Assembly: GCF_006345805.1 (NCBI RefSeq)
Contig: NC_043017.1
Span: 434,001 to 498,000 of the forward strand
Reading direction: 5' to 3'
Length of the DNA: 64,000 bases
Source: Octopus sinensis
Taxonomy: Eukaryota
Below the pieces are notes generated by a model. The model searched no databases. It saw only the letters and a list, made by a program, of their open reading frames with translations, and was not told where the DNA came from. The position numbers and the translations under genes are program-made. Numbering within the stretch: the first letter of the stretch is position 1; each line of letters begins with the position of its first letter. Positions 38,549-53,342 of the stretch are shown here, piece by piece.

Positions 38549-38601
<53 letters not shown>

Positions 38602-38975
38602 TTTCTGTCCACTCCTTTTGTACGTTTTGAAGTCCGTAACTTTTTTCATGCTAACATGAGTTAGACCTATATGTTATTGAGGCATTGTTTTACAGCCGGA
38701 TGCATTCCTGTCGCTAACTCTTTACTTGTTTTTCATGTAAGGAATCCCTTAATTTAGCTGTCTTCGAAGGCGCACTGCATGCGGGCGATTTGTTGACAGA
38801 AATGGCAACAACAAAACCGCTCATAGCTCGCGACTTCTGTAGAACTCAAACGTAAGCAAATGCACACACACACACGTACACGCACACACACACGTACACA
38901 CGCATACAAACACACACACACATACACACATACACACACACTAATACACACATGTAAACTATATATTTTTATATA

Positions 38976-39190
38976 CGGGGCTGTGTTGAAAAGTTCTTGT
39001 CTTTGGATAAAAGAAAATACAGCAGAATCAATTATATTCTGCTTGCATTCAACATATTCACCTCTCAGATTCACAGAGTTATTGCAGCGGCTCTTCAATT
39101 TTTCTAAGCCCTGTAAAAGAAATAGGATGTTTGGGCCTCCAACAAGGCCTTTCGCGATACCCTTAAAGCCAGAAACTTCTCAGCACTCCG
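38976..39190. mobile_element. Mariner-type MITE
   Basis: TA-CGGGGCTGTGTTGAAAAGTTCTTGTCTTT ... AAAGCCAGAAACTTCTCAGCACTCCG inverted ends. A related left end TA-CGAGGGTTTGCTGAAAAGTTCCTGACTTT lies at 55649. Confidence 0.7.
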
Positions 39191-39583
39191 TGTTGTATAT
39201 ATATATATATATATATATATCCACATACATATAAAAACGGTGAACTTCTTTTTAGTTTCCATATTGACCTTTGCATATAAATTGCTGAGCAAGGGCTGAT
39301 GTAGAATTTGCCTCGGGTAACATTTCGGCCGTCACTAGTGTTGCCTGCAATTAGAGCATCTGTGGCAAACACACACACACTTATATACATACAATATACA
39401 TACATATGTACATGCAAAAATGCTCTTAAGATGTCGTTGAAATTCCAATGGAGTTTTGGATCTAGGTTAGAAACCGATTCTTTCTCTATTGGTAAGAATT
39501 AAAACTGAATAATGATATACAAACATACTTACATATAAACATGTATACATACATACAGTGTGTGCGTGTGCGTGTGTGCGTGC

Positions 39584-39630
<47 letters not shown>

Positions 39631-40217
39631 CCCAAAACACCACTTGATGTTTTTGCTTTCATATTGAAACACACCGTATTCCTCTACTCTGGATCATTTC
39701 TCCTCTAAACACTTCACTTTCCTCACTGAAACGTGAAACTAAATCATTTTTGAAATCCATGGCTGAAACGCTTTTGATCTTGGATCAAGCTGGATCAAGG
39801 CTCACCTGGAGATTAAACCACAACGACAACAGCAACAGCATCAACGACGACTATGAAGATAGCATATACATGTCATAATGAAAGGGATCTTGGTGATGGG
39901 GAGGGGTACTAAAAATGGAGGAGAGAGAAAGACATATCGTCTGGTAAAATAGGGGTTAGTCAGGGGTCCGTTGTGCCCTATCTGTAGTTATATCAATTCA
40001 TTGAAAACATCTGAACATCTTTTGAAATATTTACATCTGACGAATCAAAAGGTTGAATAAAGTTTCTTGGATAAGTTATGGCTGTCGTTGGTGATGCTGT
40101 TGTTGTTGTTGTTGTCAGCAACGGTGGTGGCGGTGGTGGTGGTGGTTGATAGAGGTTATATATAAGTACGTCTCTGTCTATCTGCCTGTTTCTATCTCGC
40201 TCTCCCTCCTATCTCTC

Positions 40218-40307
<90 letters not shown>

Positions 40308-40442
40308 CATATAAATATATAAATATCTATTTATCTTTATATATGTACACGCACATATATATACACATATATATACACACACACACATATATATATATAT
40401 ATATCTATATATATATATATACACACTCACACGCACACATAT

Positions 40443-40474
<32 letters not shown>

Positions 40475-40487
40475 CATACACACACAC

Positions 40488-40565
<78 letters not shown>

Positions 40566-40578
40566 ATATATATATGTA

Positions 40579-40669
<91 letters not shown>

Positions 40670-40916
40670 ATACATATTTATATATAATAACAAAGGGTAA
40701 AATTAATTAATTAAGAAGTAATCATTAATTTCACCAAGTAGAATTCGTCATGAAAAAGGACCATTTCATGGTAAGCTTAAGTAATACTTTATAATTAGGA
40801 ATAGGAGCCCCTTTTAAAGTAGAAGGAATAGCCAAGATTTTTTGACTGCTATTTCTAAATTTCGGTATGTGGTGAAGCAAATCTTTGCTGAATCCTAATT
40901 ATTAAGTATATTTATG

Positions 40917-40998
<82 letters not shown>

Positions 40999-41107
40999 TA
41001 CACGTACAGACACACAAACGCATACACATATGCATCTTTTAATATCATACATACTGTAGAATTTCGTTGGAGGGTTTCGCATTCACATTGTTGTTGCTGT
41101 TGCTTTT

Positions 41108-41204
41108 GACGGTGGTGTTGGATGGTGGTGTTGGATGGTGGTGTTGGATGGTGGTGTTGGATGGTGGTGTTGGATGGTGGTGTTGGATGGTGGTGTTGGA
41201 TGGT
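41108..41204. repeat. 13-bp minisatellite, ~7 copies
   Basis: Unit GATGGTGGTGTTG. Confidence 0.95.
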
Positions 41205-41954
41205 GCACGAAAGTAAGTTGGCTGGTGATCATGATGATGATGATGATGACATAATGATGATGATGATGGTCGGTGAGAGAGTGTGAGGCCTCTTTCTTTT
41301 CCTGTCGGTTCTGATGAAAATGTCGGAGGGGTGGGGAGTTGAGGAGATTGCAGGTCTGTGATGACGCCGGTGGCAGCGCTGGTGGTAGTAAGAATGAAGG
41401 ATGCAATGGGGGTGGGGGGTTTAGAAGGAGGACGTTGTTATTGTTCGTTGTTGTTGTTGTAAGGAAGGGAAAATGTAGAGATGCGGGTGTATAGTATTTT
41501 TGAAATGTGTGTGTGTGTGTGTGTGTAGAGGCTAATTGGTAGAATTGTTAAAAGCGCCCGAATGGTTGTTTTGCGGTAATCATTCCGGGTCCCTGCACTT
41601 TGAGTTCAAATTCCACCGAGGTTAACTTTGCCTTTCATCCTCCAGTGGTGCGGGTGTGGGAGATAAAAGAGAGCGGAAATCCTGTACTTGGGTCCCTTCA
41701 TTTTTATCTCTCACTTGTTCTGTCTGTTCTTCTCTGTCTCTTTTTCTCTTGCTGGAAGAAATCGGTTCTGGCACACTTGGAAACGGATAGGTTCCTCCAG
41801 GTCAAAAGATGCCTTCGTCATGCCGTATGTAGCGATGGTTCCCTTACGGGTGTACAGAGTACTTATTCTGTCGGTCTCGTTTGCCGAACCGCTAAGTGAC
41901 GGGGACCTAAACAACAGCATCGGTTGTCAAGCGATGTTGAGGAAACAAACACAG

Positions 41955-42033
<79 letters not shown>

Positions 42034-42295
42034 CACGACGGGCTTCTTTCAGTTTCCGTATGCCCACACTCTGATAAACGATTTCTTGAACGTGCGGATT
42101 TTGAAGTCAGCCATGCGCAATCACGTAAATCAAGTGACTTACCTTCCTCCACTTGAAAATCATTTAAAAAATTATTAAAACATTTTTTTTTTGTTATTTT
42201 TATTTTTTCTCTCGTTATTTGCGTATTTAGCTCATTTGTTTTCGTATCTCATGTTGTTTACTGTGGTGACGTCCTGTACCCAATTATGCATATAT

Positions 42296-42340
<45 letters not shown>

Positions 42341-42384
42341 ATATATGTGTGTGTTGTGTACGCAGGTATGTATATATGTATATA

Positions 42385-42695
42385 TGTGGAGGCGCAATGG
42401 TCCAGAGGTTAGGGCAGCGGACTCGCGGTCGTAGGATCGCGGTTTCGATTCCCAGACGTTGTGAATGTTTATCAAGCAAAAACATCTAAAGTTCCACGAC
42501 GCTCCGGCAGGGGATGGTGGCGAGCCCTGCTGTACTCTTTCGCCACAACTTTCTCTCACTCTTTCTTCTGTTGGCCTGTTCGCTTAGGCAGCGGGATGGC
42601 GTCATTTGAAGGCTAAAACAATGCGAAGCGCATTGTGACCAGTGATGTGTAGCAACATCTGATAGCCTGGTCGGTCACGGTGATCACGGTGATAT
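42385..42695 (+). mobile_element. tRNA-like SINE family D
   Basis: TGTGGAGGCGCAATGG..AGAGGTTAGGGCAGCGG...GGTTTCGATTCCC head; tail TCACGGTGATCACGGTGATAT. The 3' part is repeated at 9095-9215. Confidence 0.8.
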
Positions 42696-42711
42696 GTGTA
42701 GATAGATAGAT

Positions 42712-43922
42712 CGGCCAAAGTTAAGGGTCACTTACCGGCCAAGGTTAAGGATCACTTAGAACAATAGAACAAGAGCAAAAGAGAAACCCTTACATTTAAT
42801 ATTTTGTAAACACCCCTTTACTATCAATGATCTGACGTCTCTTACCACAGGACTGAATTAGTTTCTTGGATAAAGATGGAGTAATATTGTTCCATTTGTT
42901 TTTTCAATAATTCTTAGAATTCATCGTGGTTTTTTGGATTCCTCCTTCGCGCTCCATCTCCAATAATCATCCAAACATTTTCTATAGAGTTAAGATCGGG
43001 ACTTTGAGGTGGCCAGTCAATGAAATCAGCCCATTCATCATCCAAAAAAACCTTTGACTTTCTTCTTTGTGTGACAGGGAGCGTTACACTGCACGAAGAT
43101 AGGCAGTTGAACTGATGAAAACAGGAGATGTGGAAGAGCATGTTGTCTAAGAATCTGCCTGTAGAATTCAGCATTGACAGTCCCAGGACCAGCAGCAGAG
43201 ATCACTCCCCATACCATTACACTGCCTTCTCCATATTTCATTGACTTCTTCACACATGCACGAGATAACCTTTCGCTACTTCTTCGCCGGACATGCATCT
43301 CGCCATCGGAACCAATCGCATTAAACTTCGATTCATCGCTAAAATGAACCTGCGACCACTGTTCTTCTGTCCAAACGACATGTTCGTGAGCGAAATGAAG
43401 ACTGGCTCTTTGATCCTTCTTGGAGATCAGAGGTTTCTTTTCCGGTGCCCGAGCAAGCAACCCAGAACCTCGTAACCTCCGAGAAAGTGTTTCGCACGAT
43501 ACGTTGGCATCGGAATCGGAAGTGGAGCTAAACTCTCGGGATATCTCAGCAGCAGAACTCTTAATCCCAACCTACACTCACTTTTTAACTATAATACGAT
43601 CCTATCTTGGTGAAGTTTTACGAGGTCTACCAGTTTTGGGTTCAGCATCTGTCGATCCTGTTGACTTAAGACGAGTTACAATTCGTTGCACAATACTCCT
43701 AGACCTTCCTGCAGTTGTTGTTACCACAGAATTTGACTTGCCTTCTTGGTGAATGCACACAATCCTTTGTTTTTCATCGCAAGCCGCCATGCTGACTGTT
43801 GAATGTTCTAGTAATGTAAGATCATAAATTGTAACTGTTAGCCCATTAACGGTCTTCTAAACGACAAATAGCTCGGTTAGTAGGTCATTTTTGCTAAGTG
43901 ACCCTTAACTTTTGACCGCTGC
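42712..43922 (-). mobile_element. Tc1-like (DD34E) transposon, decayed
   Basis: TIR cores CGGCCAAAGTTAAGGGTCACTTA / TAAGTGACCCTTAACTTTTGACCG. Transposase fragments GRPRKTS, FSDESKF, GSVMVWG, NAPCH, WPPQSPDLNSIENVW. Confidence 0.9.
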
Positions 43923-44131
43923 AGTTTGGAAGATTGTTTGTATATTTCTTCATAACTTACGAAATATTTATTCCATTCACTTGAAATTTTGACGAAAGAT
44001 AGATATAAGATATGTGTAAATATTTGTAAAATATCTAGTCTCAACGTGTTGTTAATCTTCTATAATAACTATTTCAATTCACTTGTTCCTACTGACCCTT
44101 ATATCATGGCCACTACTGTCTGTCTGTCTGC

Positions 44132-44191
<60 letters not shown>

Positions 44192-45065
44192 ATGTATGTA
44201 TGTATGTATGTATGTATGTATGTATGTATGTATATAGGCATTGCACGAAGCAGAGACGAAAAATTAACAGACTTTAGGCCAGTTTAAACATGCTTGAGAT
44301 ATTTCTGAACCTGTAGCGGCTTTACGCTGCAAGTTTACCACCGAGAAAAATTCACATTTTAGACAAAAAGCTATTTGAACACCACAGCTAGCTCAGAGAA
44401 CCTGCCATGGACGGGTAGATGCATTAGTTACCAAAATGAAGGAAAATAAGCACAGAAGAAACTGAAAAGGAATAGGACAACGAAAGACAAGCCGAAACGT
44501 AAAACGACCGGAAAGAATTGGCTTCATTAATCTGGGCGGCTATTCGCAACGTCAGTGAATATTTTATTCACTTTTTTCTACGTAAGAGATGAAGAATTCT
44601 CGTTGGAACAAGTGGCTGGCTGCGAGTAGGCGCCATTGAAAAGGCCAAAAAAGGACGAAATGTATCTGGTGCTCTTGCTGGCCACTCCTGCAATAAATTT
44701 TCATCTCTCTCTGATGTTCATTATGTTTTTAACACAGCAAGTCCATCAGAGATGTTATCTCAGGACAAATACCATAGTAATTCGACTATTGACAAGTGTT
44801 TGCATTAACTATGATACTTAGATGGTTATTTTTTAAAATTAAATACTGACTCAGTTGCACATACAAGATATTTATTCAGCTAGGCAAGTATTTCTCAGCA
44901 TCAATGAATGTCTTATAAACATTTTTCTATATCATAAATGATGAATTTTTGTCCTAACATGAGGCGAGTTACGAGTACATGCCTTTGAGTATAATACGTA
45001 GATGGCTATGTTAAAAATAAATTGTTGGAAATAAATACTCATTGAACAGAAAAGAAGTAGAAAGT

Positions 45066-45160
<95 letters not shown>

Positions 45161-45573
45161 AGAAAACTGGTTCGAAAAACATGACAACGAACTTGAGAGG
45201 GAATTGGGCAGTAGGAAAGCAGATTGCATCCTGGGGTGGAATTTTGGACAGTGTTGAAAAATAATATAAATTGCAGTAGTGGAAGAGAAGGCGAGGTCAA
45301 TTTTGTGACTTGACTTTGATACAAGTCAAATCGTACTTTTTGTACAATGGAAACAATGTGTCTGTCTGTCTGTCACTCTCTCTATCTGTTTCACTTTCTT
45401 TTCATCTTTCTTCTTTTCATCCCTCACTTCATATGTAGTGTATGGGTGTGAGGATGTATATAATATATATAGATATATCATAGATAGTGATATATAGAAT
45501 AGATTATATACATATATTATATAATATAATAATCGATATAAATATAGATATATATATTATATATAATACATAC

Positions 45574-45604
<31 letters not shown>

Positions 45605-46105
45605 CATACTATATATATACATTGTATATATATATATATATATTATATATATATATATGTATATACATATATATATATATGCATATATATATTATACATA
45701 TATATACATATATATATATATGCATATATATATATATATACATATATATATAATATATATATAAATATACATATATACATATATATATACATATATATAT
45801 AAATATACATATATGCATATATATATATATAATATATGCATATATATATACATATATGCATATATATATATACAATATGCATCTATATATATATACATAT
45901 ATATATATAATATATATAAATATACATATATACATATTACATATATATATATATAAATATACATATATACATATATACATAGATATAAACAATACATATA
46001 TACATATATATATATTATATATAATATTATATAAATATACATATATATATATATAAAAATATATATAAATATACATTATATATATATATATATATTAATA
46101 TATAT

Positions 46106-46146
<41 letters not shown>

Positions 46147-46490
46147 CCTTCCCTATTAAAGAAATTCATGTGTCCGTGCGCAAATTTCGAAAGTAAGCAA
46201 CACCGGATTCCAAATGCCGCGATCCATCAAGACAACAGAATCACAAAGCGACAAAAGCTAAGATAAAAATTACTTATGACACAAAGGGAAGCAGGAGAGT
46301 TTTGACAGGGAAAGGGTTTGTTTATCTCAGTGTGTGTGTGTGTAAGAGGGAGAGGGAGAGAGAGAGATTAAAAAAGCGAAGGTTATTTGGTATTGCTACA
46401 GTTGTTTCATTGAAAGTCTTTATTGTGACAGAAGTATAACACAATTGGTTTAATTACATAATATATAACATAATCTCCGACTTGACTATA

Positions 46491-47150
46491 GGCGCAGGAG
46501 TGGCTGTATGGTATATATTTCTTTACTACCCACAAGGGGCTACACAGAGAGGGGACAAAGAAGGACAGACAAACGGATTAAGTCGATTACATCGACCCCA
46601 GTGCGTAACTGGTACTTAATTTATCGACCCCGAAAGGATGAAAGGCAAAGTCGACCTCGGCGGAATTTGAACTCAGAACGTAACGGCAGACGAAATACAG
46701 CTACGCATTTCGCCCGGCGTGCTAACGTTTCTGCCAGCTCACCGCCCTGTTGCTGTGTGGTAAGTAGCTTGCTCACCAACCATATGGTTCTGGGTTTATT
46801 CCCACTGCGCGGCACCTTGGGCAAGTGTCTTCTACTATAGCCTCGGGTCGACCAAAGCCTTGCGAGTGGATTTGGTAGACGGAAACTGAAAGAAGCCCGT
46901 CGTATATATGTATATATGTATGTATGCGTGTGTATATGTTTGTGTGTCTGAGTTTGTCACCCCAACATCGCTTGAGAACCAATGGTGGTGTGTTTACGTC
47001 CCCGTAACATAGCGTTTCGGCCAAAGAGATCGATAGAATAAGTACTGGGCTTACAAAGAATAAGTCCTGGAGTCGATTTGCTCGACTAAAGGTGGTGCTC
47101 CAGCATGGCCGCAGTCTAATGTCTGAAAGAAGTAAAAGAGTAAAAGAGTA
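46491..47150 (+). mobile_element. SINE family A copy interrupted by an inverted SINE family B
   Basis: Head 46491-46513, insert 46514-46748, resumes at 46749 with a 14-bp duplication (12/14 match). Confidence 0.85.
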
Positions 47151-47452
47151 AGGAGTAACTCTTTAGGCTCTCAAAGAAAGAAGCGAGCATTGACCTGTTG
47201 ACTAATCCAACGGATTATCAAGAAGCTTTGACGCCAAGCGATTCCCATTCTTGATTGGATACTTTAGGATACTTTTAGATATGTCTGAATGTGGGAATTA
47301 CCCAAGAACAGCGAACTTCCATCATCGATGCATTTCGTGGCAAAATAATGGAATATTTAAATGTCTATTTTACGTCATTCTATCTTTCCGACAAGTGACT
47401 TGCTTCAGTTACATATGAGTTAATCCTTTATGCAACCTCTGTAATCAAACAC

Positions 47453-47525
<73 letters not shown>

Positions 47526-47540
47526 TGTAGGTATACATAC

Positions 47541-48383
47541 GAACCCACAATATGGCAGAAGCCATAGCCACTCATAATAAAAAGGAATGCTGGTGGAATG
47601 TACTAGAGAAGATCTCAATAAAATGCAAGCACAAGAGACCTCATATAACTATTTGGGATAGAAAAAAGGAACTGTGCGCGGTTGTGGAAATTAACGACCC
47701 AGCTTTGTTAATTTAAATGTTAACTTAAGGCTGAAGATCAGTAAAAACAAAAGAAAAAAAACGCAGGAGTGGCTGTGTGGTAAGTAGCTTGTTTACCAAC
47801 CACATGGTTCCGGGTTCATTCCCGTTGCGTGACACCTTGGGCAAGTGTCTTATATATATGTATGTGTGTGTGTTTGTCCCCCTAGCATTGCTTGACAACC
47901 GATGCTGGTGTGTTTATGTCCCCGTCACTTAGCGGTTCGGCAAAAGAGACCGATAGAATAAGTACTGGGCTTACAAAGAATAAGTCCCGGGGTCGAGTTG
48001 CACGATTAAAGGCGGTGTTTCAGCATGGCCGCAGTCAAAATGACTGAAACAAGTAAAAAGAGAGTAAAGAAAGAAAAGAGAGAGAGAGAACACCTCCGCT
48101 GAACTATTGCAAAATCTGCAGTTACTCTATCCAGATTACAAGTTCAGGTTTATACCTGTAATTATTGGTATCCTGGAATATGTAACACACTGCCTAAATA
48201 CTAATCTTGAGAAATTAGGGTTCTCAAAACCAGAAAGGAGAAAGCTAATTCAAAGACTACAGACCCAGTCCATCACTGGAACTGTAAAAAGTTCCAGAAG
48301 TTTATCATTTAAACATATATGAGCATGTCTATATATGTAACTATATGGATGGAAATATATACATAAAACACACAAATCTGCAC

Positions 48384-48430
<47 letters not shown>

Positions 48431-48432
48431 CA

Positions 48433-48466
<34 letters not shown>

Positions 48467-48595
48467 CACACACGCACACATACAAAAATACCCAGTTGTT
48501 GATGTTGAAATTCCAATGACGGAGACTTAGATCTAGGTTAGAAACCGGTTCTTTCTCTATTGGCAAGAAATCTTGAAATAGACTGAATAATGACA
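47541..48595 (+). mobile_element. R4/Dong-like RLE retroelement fragment split by a SINE insertion
   Basis: 47551-47690 reads MAEAIATHNKKECWWNVLEKISIKCKHKRPHITIWDRKKELCAVVEI; it resumes at ~48090 with AELLQNLQLLYPDYKFRFIPVIIG. 3' UTR and terminal module extend to ~48595. Confidence 0.8.
47763..48075 (+). mobile_element. SINE family A copy (internally deleted) inserted in the RLE LINE
   Basis: GCAGGAGTGGCTGTGTGGTAAG head through ACTGAAACAAGTAAAAAGAG tail, lying between two collinear LINE pieces. Confidence 0.85.
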
Positions 48596-49234
48596 TATAT
48601 ACATACACACACGCACACACATACATGCATACATATATATATACATACATACACACACATACATGCATGCATACATACATAAAAGAATATGTATATATTT
48701 ATGTGTATGTATGCGTATAGATATACACATATATAAACACACGCGCACACACAAATACATACACATATATGAATGTATGTATGTAGATGTGCATACTTGT
48801 ATGTGTTTCTTTATTTCTTTTATGCGTTTCAGCCATGTTGTTGTGGTTGATTTCTTCTGGATGTTGCGATTTCATATCACCACTCTTGCATACGATTTCT
48901 TCATGATTTTTGGGTCAGTTAATGTGCGAGGGAGGTTAGCACCGCCGCCATCGTCTACAGCAAATACCGAGACATTGGTTCATCAAGTATCGTGGACAGG
49001 AAGCTGGCCAATTTCTTTTAGAAGACATTGCCTGAATTTCTTAATTCAAAAGCCACGCTGCATTGAAGAGTTTTGAGCCTTTGTCTCTTCTATCCAAAAG
49101 GATTTTTCAACCAATATTTACATTATTTATAGCCTTAAGTGCCTCGAGATCCACTGTTCTAAGACACACACACACACATGTATGTATGTATGTAAGTATG
49201 TATGTATATATATATATATTCTTTTTATTCTTTA

Positions 49235-49589
49235 TTCTTTTACTTGTTTCAGTCGTTTGACTGCGGCAATGCTGGAGCACCGCCTTTAGTCGAGCAAATT
49301 CTTTCGATCTCTTTTGCCGACTGTCTAAGTGACGGGGAAGTAAACACACCAGCATCGGTTGTCAAGCAATGCTAGGGGGACAAACACAGATATACACACA
49401 CACATATATATATATATACATATATACGACAGGCTTCTTTCAGTTTCCGTCTACCAAATCCACTCACAAGGCATTGGTCGGCCTGGGGCTATAGCAGAAG
49501 GCACTTGCCCAAGATGCCACGCAGTGGGACTGAACCCGGAACCATGTGGTTGGTTAGCAAGCTACTTACCACACAGTCACTCCTGCGCC
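49235..49589 (-). mobile_element. SINE family A, minus-strand copy
   Basis: Reverse complement of the family A head (...CCACACAGTCACTCCTGCGCC) and tail. Confidence 0.85.
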
Positions 49590-50265
49590 TATATATATTT
49601 ATTAATCAAAAATCTTCATTATTGTTTTGTTTTCAGCGCTCTCTAAAAAGATAAACCGTTTCATCAAAATGAAAAGAAATCCCATCAAAATTAAAATAAA
49701 ATAACAGAAAAAAGATAAATGTAATTAATATTAAATAAAGGCAGACTTGTCGGATTTGAACGTTTTAGAAGCTGACCATTGCGAGATCGTTCTCTGGTAC
49801 AGAATGCAGTTGAAATGGCGATTGACAATGGAAACGCCAACAACAATTAAATCACTTTCATTTATGCTAGCAATCATCACATGTAAAAAACAATTATGAA
49901 ATAATTTCTATAACATTTTTGAAACGGTATTTTTACCGTGTTTAATTAATCTTATTTTTTGTGTGTTTATAGAATGTACTACAGAAGAGTAATTAGATTA
50001 GTTTGATTAATTTAATTGTGTACATGATTGTAATACATAAGATAAAATCGTACACAATCTTATTGTTTGTTTATAAAATATATTATAAAAGAGTAATTAA
50101 GTCATATTGATTAATCAATATTAGTAGTCAGCATGTAATGTATAGTAAAACAAAATGTTTACAATTATATATATATATATTATATATATATTCCACTTAG
50201 TAACAAATTTCAAGTTCAGCATAGTTGGTTTCCAAAACGTACAAACTTGATAAGTCTACCTTGAG

Positions 50266-50324
<59 letters not shown>

Positions 50325-51058
50325 TATGCATATATAAAACATATGGTAAAGGGAGGATGCGATCTTTGGTTTTAGGTAGATATTTCTGCGAGAACGATAA
50401 CGAAAGCAAAGAGATCCGGGAACATACAAAAATAGACTTGAGTGTTCCGACAAAACGAAACGAATACGTAAATGCTTAATAATTACTTTATTAAATGCCA
50501 TTAAACAGAAATGCATTAATTAAATATTCTCCTCGGTTAAAATCTTTCCAAATGTATTTTCTTGTATCCCTTAACGAATGATTCCAGAATAGCAGAATCG
50601 TTAACATTAGTGGCCTTTCTTAGAGGCTCTTTGCAAATTGCCTTCTAATCTCAACGCGATCAACTTAGCTTTTAATCCTTTCGGGATTAGTAATAGAAAA
50701 TAACAGTCAAGTACTGATGGAGATAAGGGTCGATATAATAGACCCCTTCTCAACATTGCTGGGCTTTGTATCATTGTAGCAAAATTTGAAACCGTTGTCA
50801 ACACTTCAGAAATATGTGCCTAAAATCAAAGACCATCTGCTATTTTTTCTTCTTCTTTTAGTTGTTTCTACAAATTCTTCACCTTAACTATGCCTGCATA
50901 TCCGAGTAAAAAATATAATAATGATAAACACAAACAACAGCATTATCCCTCATTCGTGTCACCACCACGCAGCAATTGTAAAAAGAGCCAACATCAGGTA
51001 ATGAAGTTTGTCTGCAAGCCACAAAGTTCTACATTGAAAGCATATTTTCCCGTTTCAG

Positions 51059-51154
51059 GTCAAATTTATTGCTTCACAACATCACGTTAGTGATCAAGTG
51101 TGCCAAATTTCTGAGGGCAAATATTCCATTTTTGGACGAGTTGTCTTCATTCGG
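51059..51154 (+). CDS. GAS2: GAS2-family gene, coding exon 5 (N-terminal half of GAR domain)
   Basis: Acceptor ttttcccgtttcAG; 96 nt, phase 0-0; VKFIASQHHVSDQVCQISEGKYSIFGRVVFIR (GAR SEGKY...FIR motif). Donor CGG|GTAAGA. Not in the ORF track. Confidence 0.9.
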
Positions 51155-51275
51155 GTAAGAATTCTTGCAAAAAGCAAAAACAAAAAAAATCCCAAGAATT
51201 AAAAAAAAAATTCTCAGTACGATGAGGCAAAAAAAAAGAAAATAGATATATATATACATATATAATATATATATA

Positions 51276-51318
<43 letters not shown>

Positions 51319-53303
51319 AAAGACACCACTGCTTCCACGTCTCAAGGATTTCTATTTTTTAAGAATTCATTTTCAGATTTGGATTTCCAGGCATGCATTT
51401 TAATTGGTAATTACTTTTGATTTTAATTAAGAAAATATAAGATATCAAAATTGGAATGAGATTAGGATGAGCTTTTATAAAAATGGTTCCGTTTTGTATT
51501 TTGTGAAAGAAACAAAAACAACATAGGGACATTATTATGTTTTATTATTAAATTTTTTATTTTGTTTTATTTTAAAGGTATTTTATTGCTTATATTTTTT
51601 TTAAAGAAATCAAACCGATTTCAATCCGAAGAATTTATGTTTTTAAAAACCTACTATTCTATTTTTTATGCAAACTAATTTTATAGATTTTAAGTTTAAA
51701 ACTGACAAAAACACGAGCATCTAAAAAGAGATTTCGGTGTTTGTGTCTGAGTAAATGTAAAGAAAAATGAAAAGAATAAAAAGAAGTACGAATATTAACT
51801 GAAAAAATGCAAAACAAAAGAAAGCACCCCCCCCCCCAAAAAAAATACAGTACTAAAGTAGAATCTAAATGCTTTATAAGAGAGAAAGAGAAACGAACTG
51901 TGACACTTCAAAGTTTGGCCACTAAGGGCTTGTCAGGCAGTTTAACAAGTGTTTATTGGAGAAACTTCAACGTCACATCCTATATTTACAGTATTTCATA
52001 GCATATAAGAAACACATTTCTTTTTTTTTTGTCTCAAATAAGAATCACTTTTTGCAAAAAAAAAAAAATAGAAAAAAGGAGGGTATGGGTGGTCTGGGGG
52101 AAAGGTGTATATCACATGCTTTAATGTACTAAAAACATTTTTCCTGAATATACGCTGTCGAAATTGGAGTGCATCATTTATGACATCAAATACGGTATAT
52201 ATATATATATATATATATACATATACATCTACGCACTTACACAGATGCACATACTTACGTGCATACATACATACATACATACATACATACATACATACAT
52301 ACATACATACGTACATGCATACGTACATACATACATACATACGTACATGCATACATACATACATACATACATACATACATACATACATACGTACATGCAT
52401 ACGTACATACATACGTACATACATACATACATACATACACACACATATGACAGGCTTCTTCACAGTTTCTGTAATCCATATTTGCTCGCAATGCGTTGGT
52501 CGACCCGGGGCTCAAGGTTCCACGCAGTGGAACTGAACCCAAAACCACATGGCTGAAAAGCGAACTTCTTAACCACAAAGTTATATCTGATGTTCAACAA
52601 GTTCCATAAAATGCTTTGCCTAAAGTTCTGCAGCAATTCTTCGCCCAAATCCGTTAGACATGGTTTAGCTTGGGCAGTAAATCATCAGAAATTGAAACTG
52701 CATATGGATTCCATTAGAACCATACCACTCTTTTAGTGGTGGTGGTCGTGGTGGCGTTGCACTGACGATCCTGTTCTACATTTAAAGTTCTACATTCAAA
52801 GCATGTTTTCCCGTTTCCGGCTTCGATTCCTGAACCGGGCAGCGCGTTGTGTTCTTATTTCACACTGACCATTTCAACATGGGACGTGTGGCACACCTAT
52901 GGCCTGTACAGACAATCTCGATTTTGATTGTGCCTGGGAGCAAATGTGCGGCACAAATGTCTATCATTATAAACAAATCATCTGTGCAGCTTGTTGAGCA
53001 AGACATGGCCGAACTCTCATCTGTCGTCTTACTCAGGGGGCGTCCATAAGGATCGTTCGGAGCTAAAAAGAAAAATAAAATATGAAAAAAGAAAATACCC
53101 ATACAAGCTGAAGAGAAAGAAAAAACATTGCACAGTTTTCTAATGGTTTGTAAACTGTTCAACTTCTGTGGACTGAAAATTATAATTAAGTATTTGAAGA
53201 ATTATAAATGGACAATTGAAAAATTGAGACGGAAATTGAAAATGAAAAAGTAAAAATCAAAACGCAATTGAAAATTAGAAATCGAACTGTGTGTCCATGT
53301 AAG

Positions 53304-53342
<39 letters not shown>

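Noticed and set aside
44600-44800. Possible mariner remnant (minus-strand EWPARAPD resembles WPxxSPDL)
   Set aside because: Only one short motif, no TIRs or other catalytic motifs recognised; too weak to call.
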